DNA of 63,931 nucleotides, the filler included, from an uncultured Methanosarcinales archaeon (GTDB lineage: Archaea; Nanobdellota; Nanobdellia; Woesearchaeales; CAYXTQ01): NCBI GenBank assembly GCA_964608065.1. It is 3 parts of 3 records of this genome, joined end to end, with 100 filler letters (N's around TTAATTAATTAA, not from the genome) between each part and the next. Parts side by side here need not be neighbours in the genome. Positions count along the whole stretch, not along the records: positions 29,173 to 58,211 come from CAZSMA010000005.1; 2 more parts are not named here. The stretch is one strand, 5' to 3'. Within the stretch, counting starts at the first letter, position 1; every line of letters starts with the position of its first letter. The translations under genes and the position numbers were made by a program. Of this stretch, positions 29,856 to 41,152 are shown in pieces. The notes beneath the pieces were generated by a model. That model was given only the letters and a program-made list of their open reading frames with translations. It made no database searches and was not told the DNA's origin.

Positions 29856-30881
29856 ATGAAAACTTTACCAGAAGATTATAAACCGAAGCTGGACTTTGTT
29901 AAGACACAAAAAATGATTAAATTAATCAAAGATATATTTGAGAGAAAGTTAGCTGAGAAATTGAGTTTAGTTAGGGTTACAGCTCCAAGGTTTTTGAAAG
30001 TTGGAGATGGATTGCAGGATGATTTAGCAGGTTCTCAAACTCCAGTTAGATTTAGTACAGATTTTGCTGATAAGATTGAAATTGTGCACAGTTTAGCAAA
30101 ATGGAAAAGACATACTTTAGGTAAATATGGATTTAAAATAGGAACTGGACTTTATACAGATATGGATGCTGTTAGGAAAGATGAAGTAGTAGATGAGATT
30201 AGGAGCTTGTATGTTGATCAATGGGATTGGGAATTAGTTATATCTAAAGAGCAAAGAACTATAGATTCTTTAAAAAAAATTGTTAAAAAAATCTATAAGG
30301 TGCTTTTGGAAACTGAGAACGCAGTTACAACTGCTTTCCCTCAACTACAGCCAACTCTGCCTAAAGAAATTAAATTTATCCATACAGAAGAATTAGAAAA
30401 ATTATATCCTCATTTAACACCAGAGGAAAGGGAACATAAAATAGCAAAATTATTTGGAGCTGTTTTTATTATTGGAATTGGTTATCCATTAAAATCAGGC
30501 AAACCTCATGACTTAAGGGCTGCTGATTATGATGATTGGATTACAGAAGCAAGCGATGGCAAAAAAGGATTGAATGGAGATATTATTGTGTGGGATTCTG
30601 TAAGGGGAAAAGCTTTAGAACTAAGTTCAATGGGTATAAGAGTAGATAAAAAATCTTTGATTAGGCAATTGGAGCATATGGGTTTGAGCGACAGAAAAGA
30701 TTTAGAGTTTCATAAAAAGATTATTGAAGATAAGCTTCCATTAACTGTGGGTGGAGGTATTGGACAGAGCAGGATTTGCATGCTTTTATTGCATAAAGCG
30801 CATATCGGAGAAGTTCAATCTAGTGTATGGCCTGAGCATGTTAAATCAGAGTTTGAGAGAAGGGGAATAGCTTTGCTTTAA
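29856..30881 (+). CDS. asnA: Aspartate--ammonia ligase (bacterial-type AsnA)
   Basis: GLQDDL.G, VHSLAKWKR, SLYVDQWDWE, HDLRAADYDDW, ELSSMGIRVD, GGGIGQSR; alternative start 29802. Confidence 0.95.
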   Translation: MKTLPEDYKPKLDFVKTQKMIKLIKDIFERKLAEKLSLVRVTAPRFLKVGDGLQDDLAGSQTPVRFSTDFADKIEIVHSLAKWKRHTLGKYGFKIGTGLYTDMDAVRKDEVVDEIRSLYVDQWDWELVISKEQRTIDSLKKIVKKIYKVLLETENAVTTAFPQLQPTLPKEIKFIHTEELEKLYPHLTPEEREHKIAKLFGAVFIIGIGYPLKSGKPHDLRAADYDDWITEASDGKKGLNGDIIVWDSVRGKALELSSMGIRVDKKSLIRQLEHMGLSDRKDLEFHKKIIEDKLPLTVGGGIGQSRICMLLLHKAHIGEVQSSVWPEHVKSEFERRGIALL

Positions 30882-30922
30882 ATCCAAACTTTTTTATATC
30901 TGCAGGGAATAACCAACATAAA

Positions 30923-32230
30923 ATGAAATTCATTTCAATACAAGAAGCAATAAAGAAAGGAAAAGGTAAGGTAGATATCAGAGGATGGGTTTATAGGGAA
31001 AGAGGTTCAAATAAACTTAAATTCATTGTACTTAGGGATTCTACTAATATAATCCAATGTGTTATTGATAAAAACACAGTTGGGGATGAGAAGTTTAAGG
31101 AAGCTGATAAACTTCAGATAGAAGCTTCTATGGAAATTGAAGGAGAAATCAAAGAGGATAAAAGAGCTCCAACAGGTTATGAGATTGTTGTTAAGAATTT
31201 TAATGTTGTAGGCTGGTCTGATACTTTTCCAATTACAAAAGACCAAAGTGTTGATTTTTTAGCAGAGAACAGACATCTATGGCTGAGAAGCAGAAAGATG
31301 ACTGCTATAATGAAAATAAGAAGCACAATGTTTGGAGCTTTTCACGAATATTTTAGAGGACAAGGATTTTATGAATATCAATCACCAATATTCCAATCAG
31401 TACAGTGTGAAGGAGGATCAACATTATTTGGAGTTGATTATTTTAAGAAGAAAGATGTTTTTTTAGCTCAGACATGGCAGCTTTATGCTGAGCCTGCGAT
31501 ATTTGCTTTAGAGAAAATTTATACTTTGGCTCCTAGTTTTAGAGCTGAGAAATCAAAAACTTCAAGGCATTTGACAGAGTATTGGCATGCAGAGCAGGAA
31601 GCAGCATGGGCAACTTTTGATGATGTGTTGGATTATGGAGAAGGTGTTCTAAAGCATATGGTTAAAAGAGTTTTAGAGACTAATAAAGAAGAACTAAAAA
31701 TTCTTGGCAGAGATTCAAAGAAGTTAGAGCCAACTGTTAAGAAGAAGTTTCCAAGGATAAAATATGATGATGCTTTAAAGATGTTGAAAGATAAGTGCAA
31801 TATGGAGATTCCATGGGGCAAGGATTTGAGAACAATAGAAGAGGATAAATTAAGTGAGATGTTTGATACTCCTGTAATTGTAACACATTATCCCAGACAA
31901 GTTAAAGCATTTTATATGAAAGAAGTTGAAGGTTGTGAAAAGGGAAAAGAACTGGTTTATGGCGCTGATTTTATTGCTCCAGAGCATTATGGTGAGATAA
32001 TTGGAGCAAGTGAAAGGGAAAGTGATATTGAGAAGATTAAGCAGAGATTATTGAATGAAGGAGAAGATCCTAAAGAGTATGAATTTTATTTAGATACAAG
32101 AAAATATGGTTCAGTACCTCATGGTGGATGGGGTTTAGGTATGGAAAGAGTAATAGCATGGGTTTGTGGATTAGATAATATTAAGGATGCTATACCATTT
32201 CCAAGGACTATGTTAAGATATAAGCCTTAA
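30923..32230 (+). CDS. asnS: Asparagine--tRNA ligase
   Basis: OB fold, RHLWLRS, SFRAEKSKTSRHLTEYW, YGSVPHGG.GLG.ER. Confidence 0.93.
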   Translation: MKFISIQEAIKKGKGKVDIRGWVYRERGSNKLKFIVLRDSTNIIQCVIDKNTVGDEKFKEADKLQIEASMEIEGEIKEDKRAPTGYEIVVKNFNVVGWSDTFPITKDQSVDFLAENRHLWLRSRKMTAIMKIRSTMFGAFHEYFRGQGFYEYQSPIFQSVQCEGGSTLFGVDYFKKKDVFLAQTWQLYAEPAIFALEKIYTLAPSFRAEKSKTSRHLTEYWHAEQEAAWATFDDVLDYGEGVLKHMVKRVLETNKEELKILGRDSKKLEPTVKKKFPRIKYDDALKMLKDKCNMEIPWGKDLRTIEEDKLSEMFDTPVIVTHYPRQVKAFYMKEVEGCEKGKELVYGADFIAPEHYGEIIGASERESDIEKIKQRLLNEGEDPKEYEFYLDTRKYGSVPHGGWGLGMERVIAWVCGLDNIKDAIPFPRTMLRYKP

Positions 32231-32237
32231 CTTTAAA

Positions 32238-33146
32238 ATGGCTGATATTAATCAAAGGATGCATTCTGGAGAACATGTTTTTGTTCAGAGTTTGATAAGA
32301 CAGGATTGTGGTGTTAATGTTGAGAAGGTTGAGTTAGGTGAGAAGGAATCCAGAGTGTTTGTTTCTGCTGACAAATTAAGTTGGGAAGCGGTGTTTAAAG
32401 CTGAGAAATTAGCTAATGATGTAATTAAAGAAGAAAGAAATATAACAATAAAAAATATTACAAAAGAAGAAGCTGAAAAACTTCCTGATATAAGAATAAA
32501 AGTTGATAGGCTAAGGGGGGATAAGGTGCAGGTAGTTGAGATAAATGATTTTGATTTAAGCGCATGTGCTGGAAATCATTGCAGCAACACTTCTGAGATT
32601 GGAGGTTTTTTAGTAACTGGTTTTAATTCTTTAGGTGGCCAGAAGTATGAGCTAAGATATACTGTGGATACAGAAGGAGAACTTCTTGGACAGTCACAGA
32701 AGTTGAGGAAAATAATGTCTTTATTGAATACTGATGATGAAAAAATTGTTGAAGCTGTCAAAAATCTTTTGGAGAAAAACAAAAATCTTACAGAAAATAT
32801 CAGAGATTTTCAGAAAGACCAGCCATTAAATGTTGATGAAGAGAAAATAAAAGGGATAAATTTTGTCCATGGTGTTTTTGATAATTATGAGAAGTTAATT
32901 TTGATGAAGAAGATTAATGAATATGCTAAAAATAAGACTGTTGTTTGTTTTCTGAACACTCTGGAAAAAGGAACTTATGTTATAATAAGTGTTTCTGAGG
33001 ATTCTGGGAAGAATGCAAATGATTTATTGCAGAAGATATTGAAAGAGTTCAATGGAAAAGGCGGTGGAAAAATAAATTTTGCTTCTGGTTTTGTGGATGT
33101 TAAATATAAGGAAAAAGTTATTCCTAAGCTTAAGGAATTACTATGA
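32238..33146 (+). CDS. AlaX-type trans-editing protein with DHHA1/C-Ala domain
   Basis: HSGEH (HxxxH), CAGNH (CxxxH), GKGGG..FASG. Confidence 0.85.
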   Translation: MADINQRMHSGEHVFVQSLIRQDCGVNVEKVELGEKESRVFVSADKLSWEAVFKAEKLANDVIKEERNITIKNITKEEAEKLPDIRIKVDRLRGDKVQVVEINDFDLSACAGNHCSNTSEIGGFLVTGFNSLGGQKYELRYTVDTEGELLGQSQKLRKIMSLLNTDDEKIVEAVKNLLEKNKNLTENIRDFQKDQPLNVDEEKIKGINFVHGVFDNYEKLILMKKINEYAKNKTVVCFLNTLEKGTYVIISVSEDSGKNANDLLQKILKEFNGKGGGKINFASGFVDVKYKEKVIPKLKELL

Positions 33147-33808
33147 AATACAAGTTAGTCTGTTTTGATCTTGATGGAACTATTGTAGATGATACTGTAT
33201 TCATATGGCAGACAATACATGAGCATTTTAAGACAGACGATAAGAAAAGAGAAGAAGCTACAAAGAAATATTACAATAAAGAAATAAGTTATGAAGAATG
33301 GGCAGAGCATGATATAAAGCTGTGGAAAGAAAAGAAAGCAACAAAAAAGAAGATTATGAAAGCTATTAGTTCTTTAAAGCTGATGAAAGGTGCTAAAGAA
33401 ACTATAATTGCTTTGAAAGAAAAAGGTTTGAAGCTGGTTATAATCTCTGGAAGCCTGAATATTGTTTTGGATTATCTTTTTCCAGATTATAAGGATTATT
33501 TTGATGATGTTCTTATCAATAAATTATTTTTTGATGAAGATGGGAATATTTCAAAGACAGAATTCACTAAATACGACCATGAAGCTAAAGCAGAGGGTTT
33601 AAAGAAGATTGCTAAGAAAGAAGGGATAAATTTAGCAGAGTGTGTTTTTGTTGGAGACCATAAGAACGATATCCATGTTGCAAAAGAAAGCGGATTAAGC
33701 ATTAGTTTTAATTCTAAATCTGAAGAATTGGATAAGGTTTGTGATGTTGTTGTTAGGGAGAAAGATTTGAGAGGGATTTTGAAGTATATCATAAAACAAA
33801 AACTATAA
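33143..33808 (+). CDS. HAD-family phosphatase (SerB-like)
   Basis: FDLDGT, ISGS, K, VGDHKND. Confidence 0.88.
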   Translation: MKYKLVCFDLDGTIVDDTVFIWQTIHEHFKTDDKKREEATKKYYNKEISYEEWAEHDIKLWKEKKATKKKIMKAISSLKLMKGAKETIIALKEKGLKLVIISGSLNIVLDYLFPDYKDYFDDVLINKLFFDEDGNISKTEFTKYDHEAKAEGLKKIAKKEGINLAECVFVGDHKNDIHVAKESGLSISFNSKSEELDKVCDVVVREKDLRGILKYIIKQKL

Positions 33809-33833
33809 ATATAACTAACCTTTAACTAAACCT

Positions 33834-34898
33834 ATGGGTTTGGCTGAAATTTATAATACGGTGTATGGCGCAATATCTGCTAATAATTATGTTATTGCAT
33901 TTGTAGTTTTAGTTGTATTTTTTTTAGGAGCAAAGATAATTATATTCATATCTAAAAATATTCTTCTTAAACTGGCTCATAAGACAAAAACTGAAGTTGA
34001 TGATTTGATAATAAAGAGAATAAATAGGCCTTTGTCTTTGATTGTTCTTTTGGTTGGTATAAGGATATCTGCAGTGATACTACAATTGAATAATATTGTT
34101 GAAAAAATAATTCATGAAATAGGTAATACCCTTATAGTCATAATTGTGGCATATATCATTATAGTTGTAATTGATATCTTAATAGATAACTGGGGCAGGA
34201 CTTGGGCACAGAAAACAAAGTCAAAAGTAGATGACCAACTTCTTAACCTTGTCCATAGATTTTCAAAGATTATTATATTTATACTGGCTTTTTTATTTAT
34301 ACTTGATGTATGGGGTGTGAAAGTAGGGCCATTATTAGCTAGTTTAGGTATTGCAGGAATAGCTGTTGCTTTTGCTCTTAAAGATACACTTGGCAATATA
34401 TTCGGAGGAATATCATTGATAGTTGACAAAACTATAAAGGTTGGAGATATTATTGAATTAGATGCAACCACTAAAGGAACTGTCTTAGATGTTGGTTTGA
34501 GAAGCACAAGGATAAGGACTTTTGATAATGAAGTTATAATAATACCTAATGGTCAACTGGCAAATTCAAAGATACAGAACTATGTTCCACCAGATCCTTC
34601 AGTCAGGGTTGTGATTCCATTTGGTGTAGCATATGGTTCTGATGTTGAGAAAGTTAAGAAACTTGTTTTGAAAGAGATAGAAAAGATTAAAGAGTTAAAG
34701 GATGACCCTGCGCCTATAATAAGGTTTATAGAAATGGCAAACTCTTCTTTGAACTTTAAGGCTTATTTCTATGTAGATTCTTATAAGAAGAGGTTTGCAG
34801 CAAAAGATACTGCCAATACTTTGATATATAATGCTTTGAATAAAAACAAGATATCTATTCCATTCCCTCAAATGGATGTTCATTTGAAGAAAAAGTAA
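33834..34898 (+). CDS. mscS: MscS mechanosensitive channel
   Basis: LGIAGIAVAFALKDTLGNIFGG, IKVGD, GLRSTRIRT, IPFPQ. Confidence 0.93.
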   Translation: MGLAEIYNTVYGAISANNYVIAFVVLVVFFLGAKIIIFISKNILLKLAHKTKTEVDDLIIKRINRPLSLIVLLVGIRISAVILQLNNIVEKIIHEIGNTLIVIIVAYIIIVVIDILIDNWGRTWAQKTKSKVDDQLLNLVHRFSKIIIFILAFLFILDVWGVKVGPLLASLGIAGIAVAFALKDTLGNIFGGISLIVDKTIKVGDIIELDATTKGTVLDVGLRSTRIRTFDNEVIIIPNGQLANSKIQNYVPPDPSVRVVIPFGVAYGSDVEKVKKLVLKEIEKIKELKDDPAPIIRFIEMANSSLNFKAYFYVDSYKKRFAAKDTANTLIYNALNKNKISIPFPQMDVHLKKK

Positions 34899-34909
34899 GG
34901 GTGGTTAAT

Positions 34910-35410
34910 ATGACAAAAGCTCTTTTTGTTATTGCTCCAGAGAATTTTAAGGATGAAGAATATTTTATACCTAAAAAAGTTCTGGAAGAGAATGGTGTTG
35001 AAGTAGTTACTGCTTCTTTAAAATCTGAGGCAACAAGTGTTGCTGGCAAGAAAACTAAAGTAGATGTATTATTGGATGATGCAACTACTGATTATGATAT
35101 GATAGCTTTTATTGGCGGCGGAGGGTCAAGTGTTTATTTTGACAATACAAAAGCACATGCTCTTGCAAAAGAATTTAATGAGCAAGGTAAAATTGTTGCA
35201 GCAATCTGCATTGCACCATCTACATTAGCTAATGCTGGAATTTTAAAAGGTAAGAATGCAACAGTATTTCCTTCTGAAAAGGATAACTTAGAACAAAAAG
35301 GAGCAGCTTATACAGGAGATAATGTGACTGTAGATGGAAACATTATAACCTCTAATGGGCCGCATGCAGCAGAAGAATTTGGCAATAAAATAGTTGAGAA
35401 TTTAAAATAA
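34910..35410 (+). CDS. DJ-1/PfpI family protein
   Basis: F.DEE, GGGG, AAICIAP..LA.AG, DGNIITSNGP. Confidence 0.92.
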   Translation: MTKALFVIAPENFKDEEYFIPKKVLEENGVEVVTASLKSEATSVAGKKTKVDVLLDDATTDYDMIAFIGGGGSSVYFDNTKAHALAKEFNEQGKIVAAICIAPSTLANAGILKGKNATVFPSEKDNLEQKGAAYTGDNVTVDGNIITSNGPHAAEEFGNKIVENLK

Positions 35411-36611
35411 AGTATTTTCTGCTTCTTCTTTTATTCTTTTTTCAAAATCAGTAACGCGTTCGCCTTCTTTTTTATCCTGGTTTAGAACTTTCATTAATTC
35501 TCTTGTTAGTTTTTCTTCATTAGCTAGGTCTAAATCCTTAACTTTTATCTGGCCTAGATGCTCTTTAATTAAAGATTCTTCAATATCTTCAACAGAGTCT
35601 TTGTCTACCATGATTTCTTCGAATTCATGTGTTGTCAGTTTATTGGTGTTTTTCATTACAAAATAAGCCCCTTTTTCATGGAATTTGTTAAAGATTTCCT
35701 TGAAGTTTATATCATGTGGCTTGCCAGATTTTAAAATTCCTTCTAATCTTATTGTGACAATTGTGTCAATAAGTTCTTTGTCTTCTATTTCTTTTAACAG
35801 TTCTGCTTCGATCTCTTCAATTGTTTTATGGTTGCAGTCAAGATTTATATGATATGTGTTATAAATCTGAATTTGCTGCCATTCTAGTTTGTCGTCTTCA
35901 ACTATATAGAAACCACCCTTGCCTAGTTTTTCTAATTCCCTGAAGTTGTTTGGGAACAATGGTCCTGGAAATGCAATTGTTCCAAACTTTTTTTCTTCTT
36001 TTTTGAAAACATAATGTACATGACCTCCAGCATAGTAGTTGAAGTTTTTTGGCAGGAGAGATAATGGCTGAGAATCCATTTTTTCCATATCTTGCGGTTT
36101 GAATTCTGTTATAGCAGAATGAAACATGAATATTTTATAGCCATCTTCATTTTCTAAATTTTCTCTGACTAAATCTTTGTAGTAATTTTTTTCTAGACCT
36201 CCTTTTTTTCCTAATAATCCTGTTATCTTTGCTCCAGTTTTTTTGTCAACAGTAAAGTTTAGTTTAAGTTTATTTTCAATAACTTCTCCTTTAGCAACAT
36301 TTACAAGAAGACCTGCATTTTCCAGGACATCAAGCATTGTTTTTCCGCTTGGGCTGAAGTCATGGCTACCAGGAACAATGTAGACTGGAATGTCTTTGTA
36401 TTCTAATGATTTTAATTTGATTACAGTTTCTTTTAAACTGTCTATACTTGGCAGAGATGTGTTAAATAAATCTCCTGATATAAGAATGAAGTCAACCTTT
36501 TTTTCAATACACATGTCTATTGCTTTGACAAAAGCTTTTGTGCTTATATCTCTTAATTTTGGATCACGCCAAGAACCAATATGACAGTCAGCTAGATGCG
36601 CGAAATTTCAT
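35402..36611 (-). CDS. mre11: Mre11 nuclease (apparent 1-nt frameshift at codon 3)
   Basis: Removing one T from ATGAAATTTCGCG gives MKFAHLADCHIG; GDLF, GSHD, FMFH, GGHVH motifs. Confidence 0.88.
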
Positions 36612-36612
36612 G

Positions 36613-39600
36613 CTACCCCCCTAAAACTTTTTTTTTTTTATCTTTTTTTTTTTTTTGTTCTTTAACTAAATCTTCAAATAAAGGAATTTTTATTGGAATT
36701 GCAAATTTTGTGAAGTTGCTGCTTACTAAAGCTTCACCTATGTCTAAAGAAGCTATTGTCCTTGAATCATTGCTTAGATCCTGGGAAGCGCTGTCTATTA
36801 TTGCCTGTCTTTCTGGCTGCATTTCTACTCCAAGGATAATTTTAGTGTTCATATTAGCAAGTATTTGCCTTGGGATTAAGGAGGGAAGTTGAGTTATGGC
36901 CATTAATCCTACTTTGAATTTTCTTCCTTCTCTTGCTATTGTTGAGAATATATTAGGCCCTTTTTCTAAAACTTCTTTTCCAAGAACTCTTGGCGCTTCT
37001 TCCAAAACTATAGAGATTATAGGTTTATCTTTTAGAGTTCCTTCAATTTTATATGCTTTGTATTTGCTTAAAATTTCAGTTGCAATCAAGCTTCCTATCA
37101 GAATTTCGACTGCTCCTGAGAAATTTGAAGTGTCAATAATAACTGTTTTGCTTGATCCAAGTTCATTGCAGATATCTTTTATTGTAGTTTCTCCAGCCTG
37201 TAAGTCAAATGCTCCATGACAGAATAATTGGTTTTCTCTGAAGCTTAGGTCTAGTAGTTGTAGCAAACGTCTTTTGAGTACAGCTAAAGTAGCTTCTGAA
37301 AATCCTTCTACAGGTTTTTCCAGAATTATAGACTCAATCCAGGTATTGCCATATTTTCTGTAATAAGCATTTAGTGCTTCTTTTTGAGGATCACTCCATT
37401 CAAGAACTCCATTGAAATGCTGTGGTTTTATAACTTTTAGATTTATTTTTAGAGTTTTACATCCAGCTGGAGGGTTTTTTGGTGTGTAATAGGCTAAGTT
37501 GTCTTTATTCTTATGGTCTTTTAATCCTAGTTTGTTTCTTCCATAATATTCATCATGAGGGTCCAGGACTAAGATTCCGCAGTAATCTTTATCAATACTG
37601 TTCCATAACATGCAAGAAGTTAGGTTGCTATTATGAACAAATAATCCGCAATGCCCTGCAAAAAATGTTTTATTATCTTTTATTGTAAGATCATAAACAT
37701 ATTTCTTATTATATCTTATTTTCTTAATTCTCTTTAGTTTATCCCATCTAAATTTTAATAATTTTGACATATCTTTAAAATGATCAAATTTTGATATTAT
37801 TTTACTTAATAAACTCCTGCTTGGTCTTCGTCTTCCAGCTTCTATAAGCGAGATTATTTGTTGAGAGCAACCCAACTTTAATGAAAATTGCTTTTGGCTT
37901 AATCTTGTTTTTGATCTTCTTAATTTAAAATCTTCAGAATTAATTGGAATGATATCTACATTTGTATTTTCTTTGTAATTAAATTTTCCTTTTAGAATAT
38001 TATTTTTTCTATGGAATTGAAAACCTATTTTAGATAAAAAGGTAATTAGATCATTTTTACCAGAAATAGAGACTCTGTAATACCAATTTCCTTTATGCTT
38101 TGTATTTACTGCTTTCATCCATCTTTTCTTGCATCTCCCCATGATACCATATCTATATAGGGCAATACATATGTCACTTGCAAGTTTTTTTGATTTAGTT
38201 GTAATAGATATTTTGAACCTTTTATTGTCTTTGTTGATTTCTCTGTCAACTCCACCATCACCCTCAAAGTAAGAACTAAGTAATATACTAAGATTATTGT
38301 CTGCTAAGTTCATGAAAAAAGTAGGAAGTCTTTTATTTCCAGATAGATCTCCAACTCCAATTTTTTTTAGTACTTTTGTGAAAATAGAAGATGAAACTCC
38401 AATATCAACGTTTTTTTCTTTCTTTTTAATCCAAAAATAATTCAAACCGATTTTTTTGAGGTTATTCTTTAAACTTTTCTGAATCTCTTTTTCTGAACAA
38501 CTTATTCTGAATGAATTATCATTTAAACAATAACCCTCAGCAATATAATAACCTATTAATTCTAGTAATTCTTTTGTAATAGGATATATTGCTTTTAATT
38601 TTAAACTATAATGTTCATCTGTTAATTCAATTGATTTCAGATCTTCATGAGAAAGTCTTCTTTCAAATAATCCATCTAAGATTTTAATTTTTATTCTTTT
38701 TTTGTTTACTACAAAATCATTATATTTTTGTGATGCTCGTGTAAAATATTTTGATAGAATCTTAATACATTCATTTTTTGGTTTTAGCTTACTCATTATT
38801 TTTTTGCTATATAACGCATATATTTTATCGTTGTCCTTCAAAAGCTCAAATAAATTTAATTCTTTTAAATTTCCTGAGACATCAATCTTTAATGGAAGAG
38901 GGAGATAATCCTCTTTTGTTATCTGTTCTGTTTTTAGAAGCCTAAATTTTCCTTTCTGTATAACATATAAATTATGGTCCCCTGTTACTGTAATCTCTCT
39001 TCCGCTTTCAGTAAGTATCTTATACATGAAACGAGGAGCTCTATGTTTAACAAATTTAATTATTTTCTTAAAATCCGTTGAATAATTTTTAGGGTTCATA
39101 CTTATTGTTTTGGAACCCTGAAAATTTGAATTGTTATTAACCAATTCACCAATGGATTTTATTAAAAATTTATTATTTGTTTTAATGAGTACTTCCTCGT
39201 TTTCATCTAAGCTTTTTCCTCTGCCTGTTGTAGCTGGAATAAGTATATGGTGTGTTAGTACTTTATCGCCTTCTAATAATATGTCTACATCTAAAACTTT
39301 AGATCCAGACCTTAATTTGCCTATGTATAATGGGTTTTTAGGAGTAGTTAAAAAAGTAAGGTCTTCTTTTTTTATTTCATTGACATCTGAGAATACACTT
39401 GGCAAATTTTTGCAGATAACAGCATTTTTGTTTTTTATGGTAATTAGATTTTTTAATAAAGCTAAGTTGTAATTTCTAAGTTCTGGTTCAAGCATCTCAA
39501 GTTTTGAGTTTTCTTCTAGACTAATGCCTGACATTAATTCTAAGTTGGATTGGGAGATCTGGCTGCCATAGATTAAGTCATAAACCTGCATTATTATTTT

Positions 39601-39711
39601 TCCGTCTTTTGTATTAGCAACTAATAGTTCTCCTAGCTCTATGTTTTGGTTGGACTTCTGTCTAACCATTATCTTACTGAATTCCCCTGAAATAACCTGT
39701 CCTTTGGTCAT
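36613..39711 (-). CDS. herA: HerA helicase/ATPase, intein-containing
   Basis: HAS-barrel N-terminus, Walker [32 protein letters not shown]; upstream of mre11. Confidence 0.88.
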   Translation of the reverse strand: MTKGQVISGEFSKIMVRQKSNQNIELGELLVANTKDGKIIMQVYDLIYGSQISQSNLELMSGISLEENSKLEMLEPELRNYNLALLKNLITIKNKNAVICKNLPSVFSDVNEIKKEDLTFLTTPKNPLYIGKLRSGSKVLDVDILLEGDKVLTHHILIPATTGRGKSLDENEEVLIKTNNKFLIKSIGELVNNNSNFQGSKTISMNPKNYSTDFKKIIKFVKHRAPRFMYKILTESGREITVTGDHNLYVIQKGKFRLLKTEQITKEDYLPLPLKIDVSGNLKELNLFELLKDNDKIYALYSKKIMSKLKPKNECIKILSKYFTRASQKYNDFVVNKKRIKIKILDGLFERRLSHEDLKSIELTDEHYSLKLKAIYPITKELLELIGYYIAEGYCLNDNSFRISCSEKEIQKSLKNNLKKIGLNYFWIKKKEKNVDIGVSSSIFTKVLKKIGVGDLSGNKRLPTFFMNLADNNLSILLSSYFEGDGGVDREINKDNKRFKISITTKSKKLASDICIALYRYGIMGRCKKRWMKAVNTKHKGNWYYRVSISGKNDLITFLSKIGFQFHRKNNILKGKFNYKENTNVDIIPINSEDFKLRRSKTRLSQKQFSLKLGCSQQIISLIEAGRRRPSRSLLSKIISKFDHFKDMSKLLKFRWDKLKRIKKIRYNKKYVYDLTIKDNKTFFAGHCGLFVHNSNLTSCMLWNSIDKDYCGILVLDPHDEYYGRNKLGLKDHKNKDNLAYYTPKNPPAGCKTLKINLKVIKPQHFNGVLEWSDPQKEALNAYYRKYGNTWIESIILEKPVEGFSEATLAVLKRRLLQLLDLSFRENQLFCHGAFDLQAGETTIKDICNELGSSKTVIIDTSNFSGAVEILIGSLIATEILSKYKAYKIEGTLKDKPIISIVLEEAPRVLGKEVLEKGPNIFSTIAREGRKFKVGLMAITQLPSLIPRQILANMNTKIILGVEMQPERQAIIDSASQDLSNDSRTIASLDIGEALVSSNFTKFAIPIKIPLFEDLVKEQKKKKDKKKKVLGG
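37630..39213 (-). mobile_element. Intein (528 aa) with LAGLIDADG endonuclease and XRE-type HTH
   Basis: Starts SLDENEEV, block [13 protein letters not shown] and [11 protein letters not shown], ends FVHN then extein Ser. Confidence 0.93.
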
Positions 39712-39763
39712 AGGATAAGGGGAATTCAAGATGTTATTTAAACATTTATATTCTGCAAATAAT

Positions 39764-40450
39764 TCATTTAACTAGTCTTATAATCTCTTCAATCTCATCT
39801 TTAGAAACAGCGCAGCCGTCAAGTTTTACTCCCCAGAGTATACTGTCTAATAGTTTTTTTTTTGCGTCTGGGATGTCAAGGATGTATTTGTCCAACAATC
39901 CTAGTTCATAAGCAGCTGTGACAAGCTCTACAGACCTTATGATCTTAATGTCTTTGACAATTTTTTTGAATTCATTTAAATTTTTAGTGTTGACATCGAT
40001 TCTTGTATGAAGCTTTCTCTCTAGTATATTTTTCAGTCTGTTATGGTCTTCAACAAGCAGCCTTGTTGTTCTTTCATCTACAACAAAAGCTTCTGCTTTT
40101 ATGTTTATACATAGAGCTAGGCCTTCTATCTCTGCATTGTGAACAATATGTATGCTTTTTCCATAAGCATTAAAGATAGAATTTGCTAAATCCAACAAAG
40201 AGTTTGTTTTTTGAGTGATTTCTTTGTTTTCAATGACTTTTAATGTATCTTCATGAATTATCTTTAATACCTGCAAAGCTTTAAACTCAAACCTTTTTGT
40301 AGTTAATGGATTATCTACAAGCTCTTTTTTTGAACTGTTAGAAACATAAAATTCTCCATTCATTTTTTTTTTTAATTCTTTTAACAGCCATAGAAGATTA
40401 TTCATAGTTAAACTTATTACAGGTCCTGTGTCAAAAACTAAAGTTTTCAT
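39764..40450 (-). CDS. PIN-domain protein
   Basis: [27 protein letters not shown] acidic pattern. Confidence 0.65.
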   Translation of the reverse strand: MKTLVFDTGPVISLTMNNLLWLLKELKKKMNGEFYVSNSSKKELVDNPLTTKRFEFKALQVLKIIHEDTLKVIENKEITQKTNSLLDLANSIFNAYGKSIHIVHNAEIEGLALCINIKAEAFVVDERTTRLLVEDHNRLKNILERKLHTRIDVNTKNLNEFKKIVKDIKIIRSVELVTAAYELGLLDKYILDIPDAKKKLLDSILWGVKLDGCAVSKDEIEEIIRLVK

Positions 40451-41013
40451 CTTAATCCAAACAACTTTCTTGTAAAGTTTAATCTTTCTTTCACATCTGG
40501 AGTTTTATGGGTGTCAAATACTGTTGTTTTACCTATATACTCTCGTAATTCCCATCCAGATATGCCTAAAAGGTCAGCTACTCTTCCAATAGAGATTCCA
40601 TGCTCAAACATTACTGAGCCTTTTTTTATTTTTGATTTTTCTATAACTCTTTGAACATATAAAGTTAGTTTATGGTCAAAACGTTCTATGGCTTTAATTA
40701 GTTCTTTTAAGTTTTGTTTATAATATCTTAAATCATTATTTGTTAGTTCATCAATTGCTTTTTTTAAATCAATTATAACTTTGTTGTAGAAGTTTAGCCA
40801 TTCTTTTGATTCATTGAAATTGTACCTTTCAATAATTTTTGATAAGGCATAAGTGATTACTGCAACACTTATAGAATCTTCATCCTGGAATATTGATGCA
40901 TTATGTATTGTGTAATTGCTCAATATTTTTAATTTAACATTATTTTTTTTTTTAACTGCTTCTAACACATCTTTTGATACACTTATAATCCTTTTTTTGA
41001 CTATTTGTTCCAT
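40447..41013 (-). CDS. Hypothetical protein with C-terminal HTH (UPF0175-like)
   Basis: HGISIGRVADLLGISGWEL; coupled to PIN gene; start MEQIV inferred. Confidence 0.6.
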   Translation of the reverse strand: MEQIVKKRIISVSKDVLEAVKKKNNVKLKILSNYTIHNASIFQDEDSISVAVITYALSKIIERYNFNESKEWLNFYNKVIIDLKKAIDELTNNDLRYYKQNLKELIKAIERFDHKLTLYVQRVIEKSKIKKGSVMFEHGISIGRVADLLGISGWELREYIGKTTVFDTHKTPDVKERLNFTRKLFGLR

Positions 41014-41152
41014 AGTATCTAATGCATTATTATCATATATAAATCTTGTTCTTTTCGTTTTATGACCAAGATATGACAATTAATTCTTTGTATAAATCGA
41101 AAATTATATAAACTAACAAGTTTCAATTTATTTTTGAAAAGATGGTGGTTAC

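Noticed and set aside
36596..36611. mre11 as a pseudogene
   Set aside because: A single extra T after the start and an otherwise intact gene; probably a base-call error, needs reads
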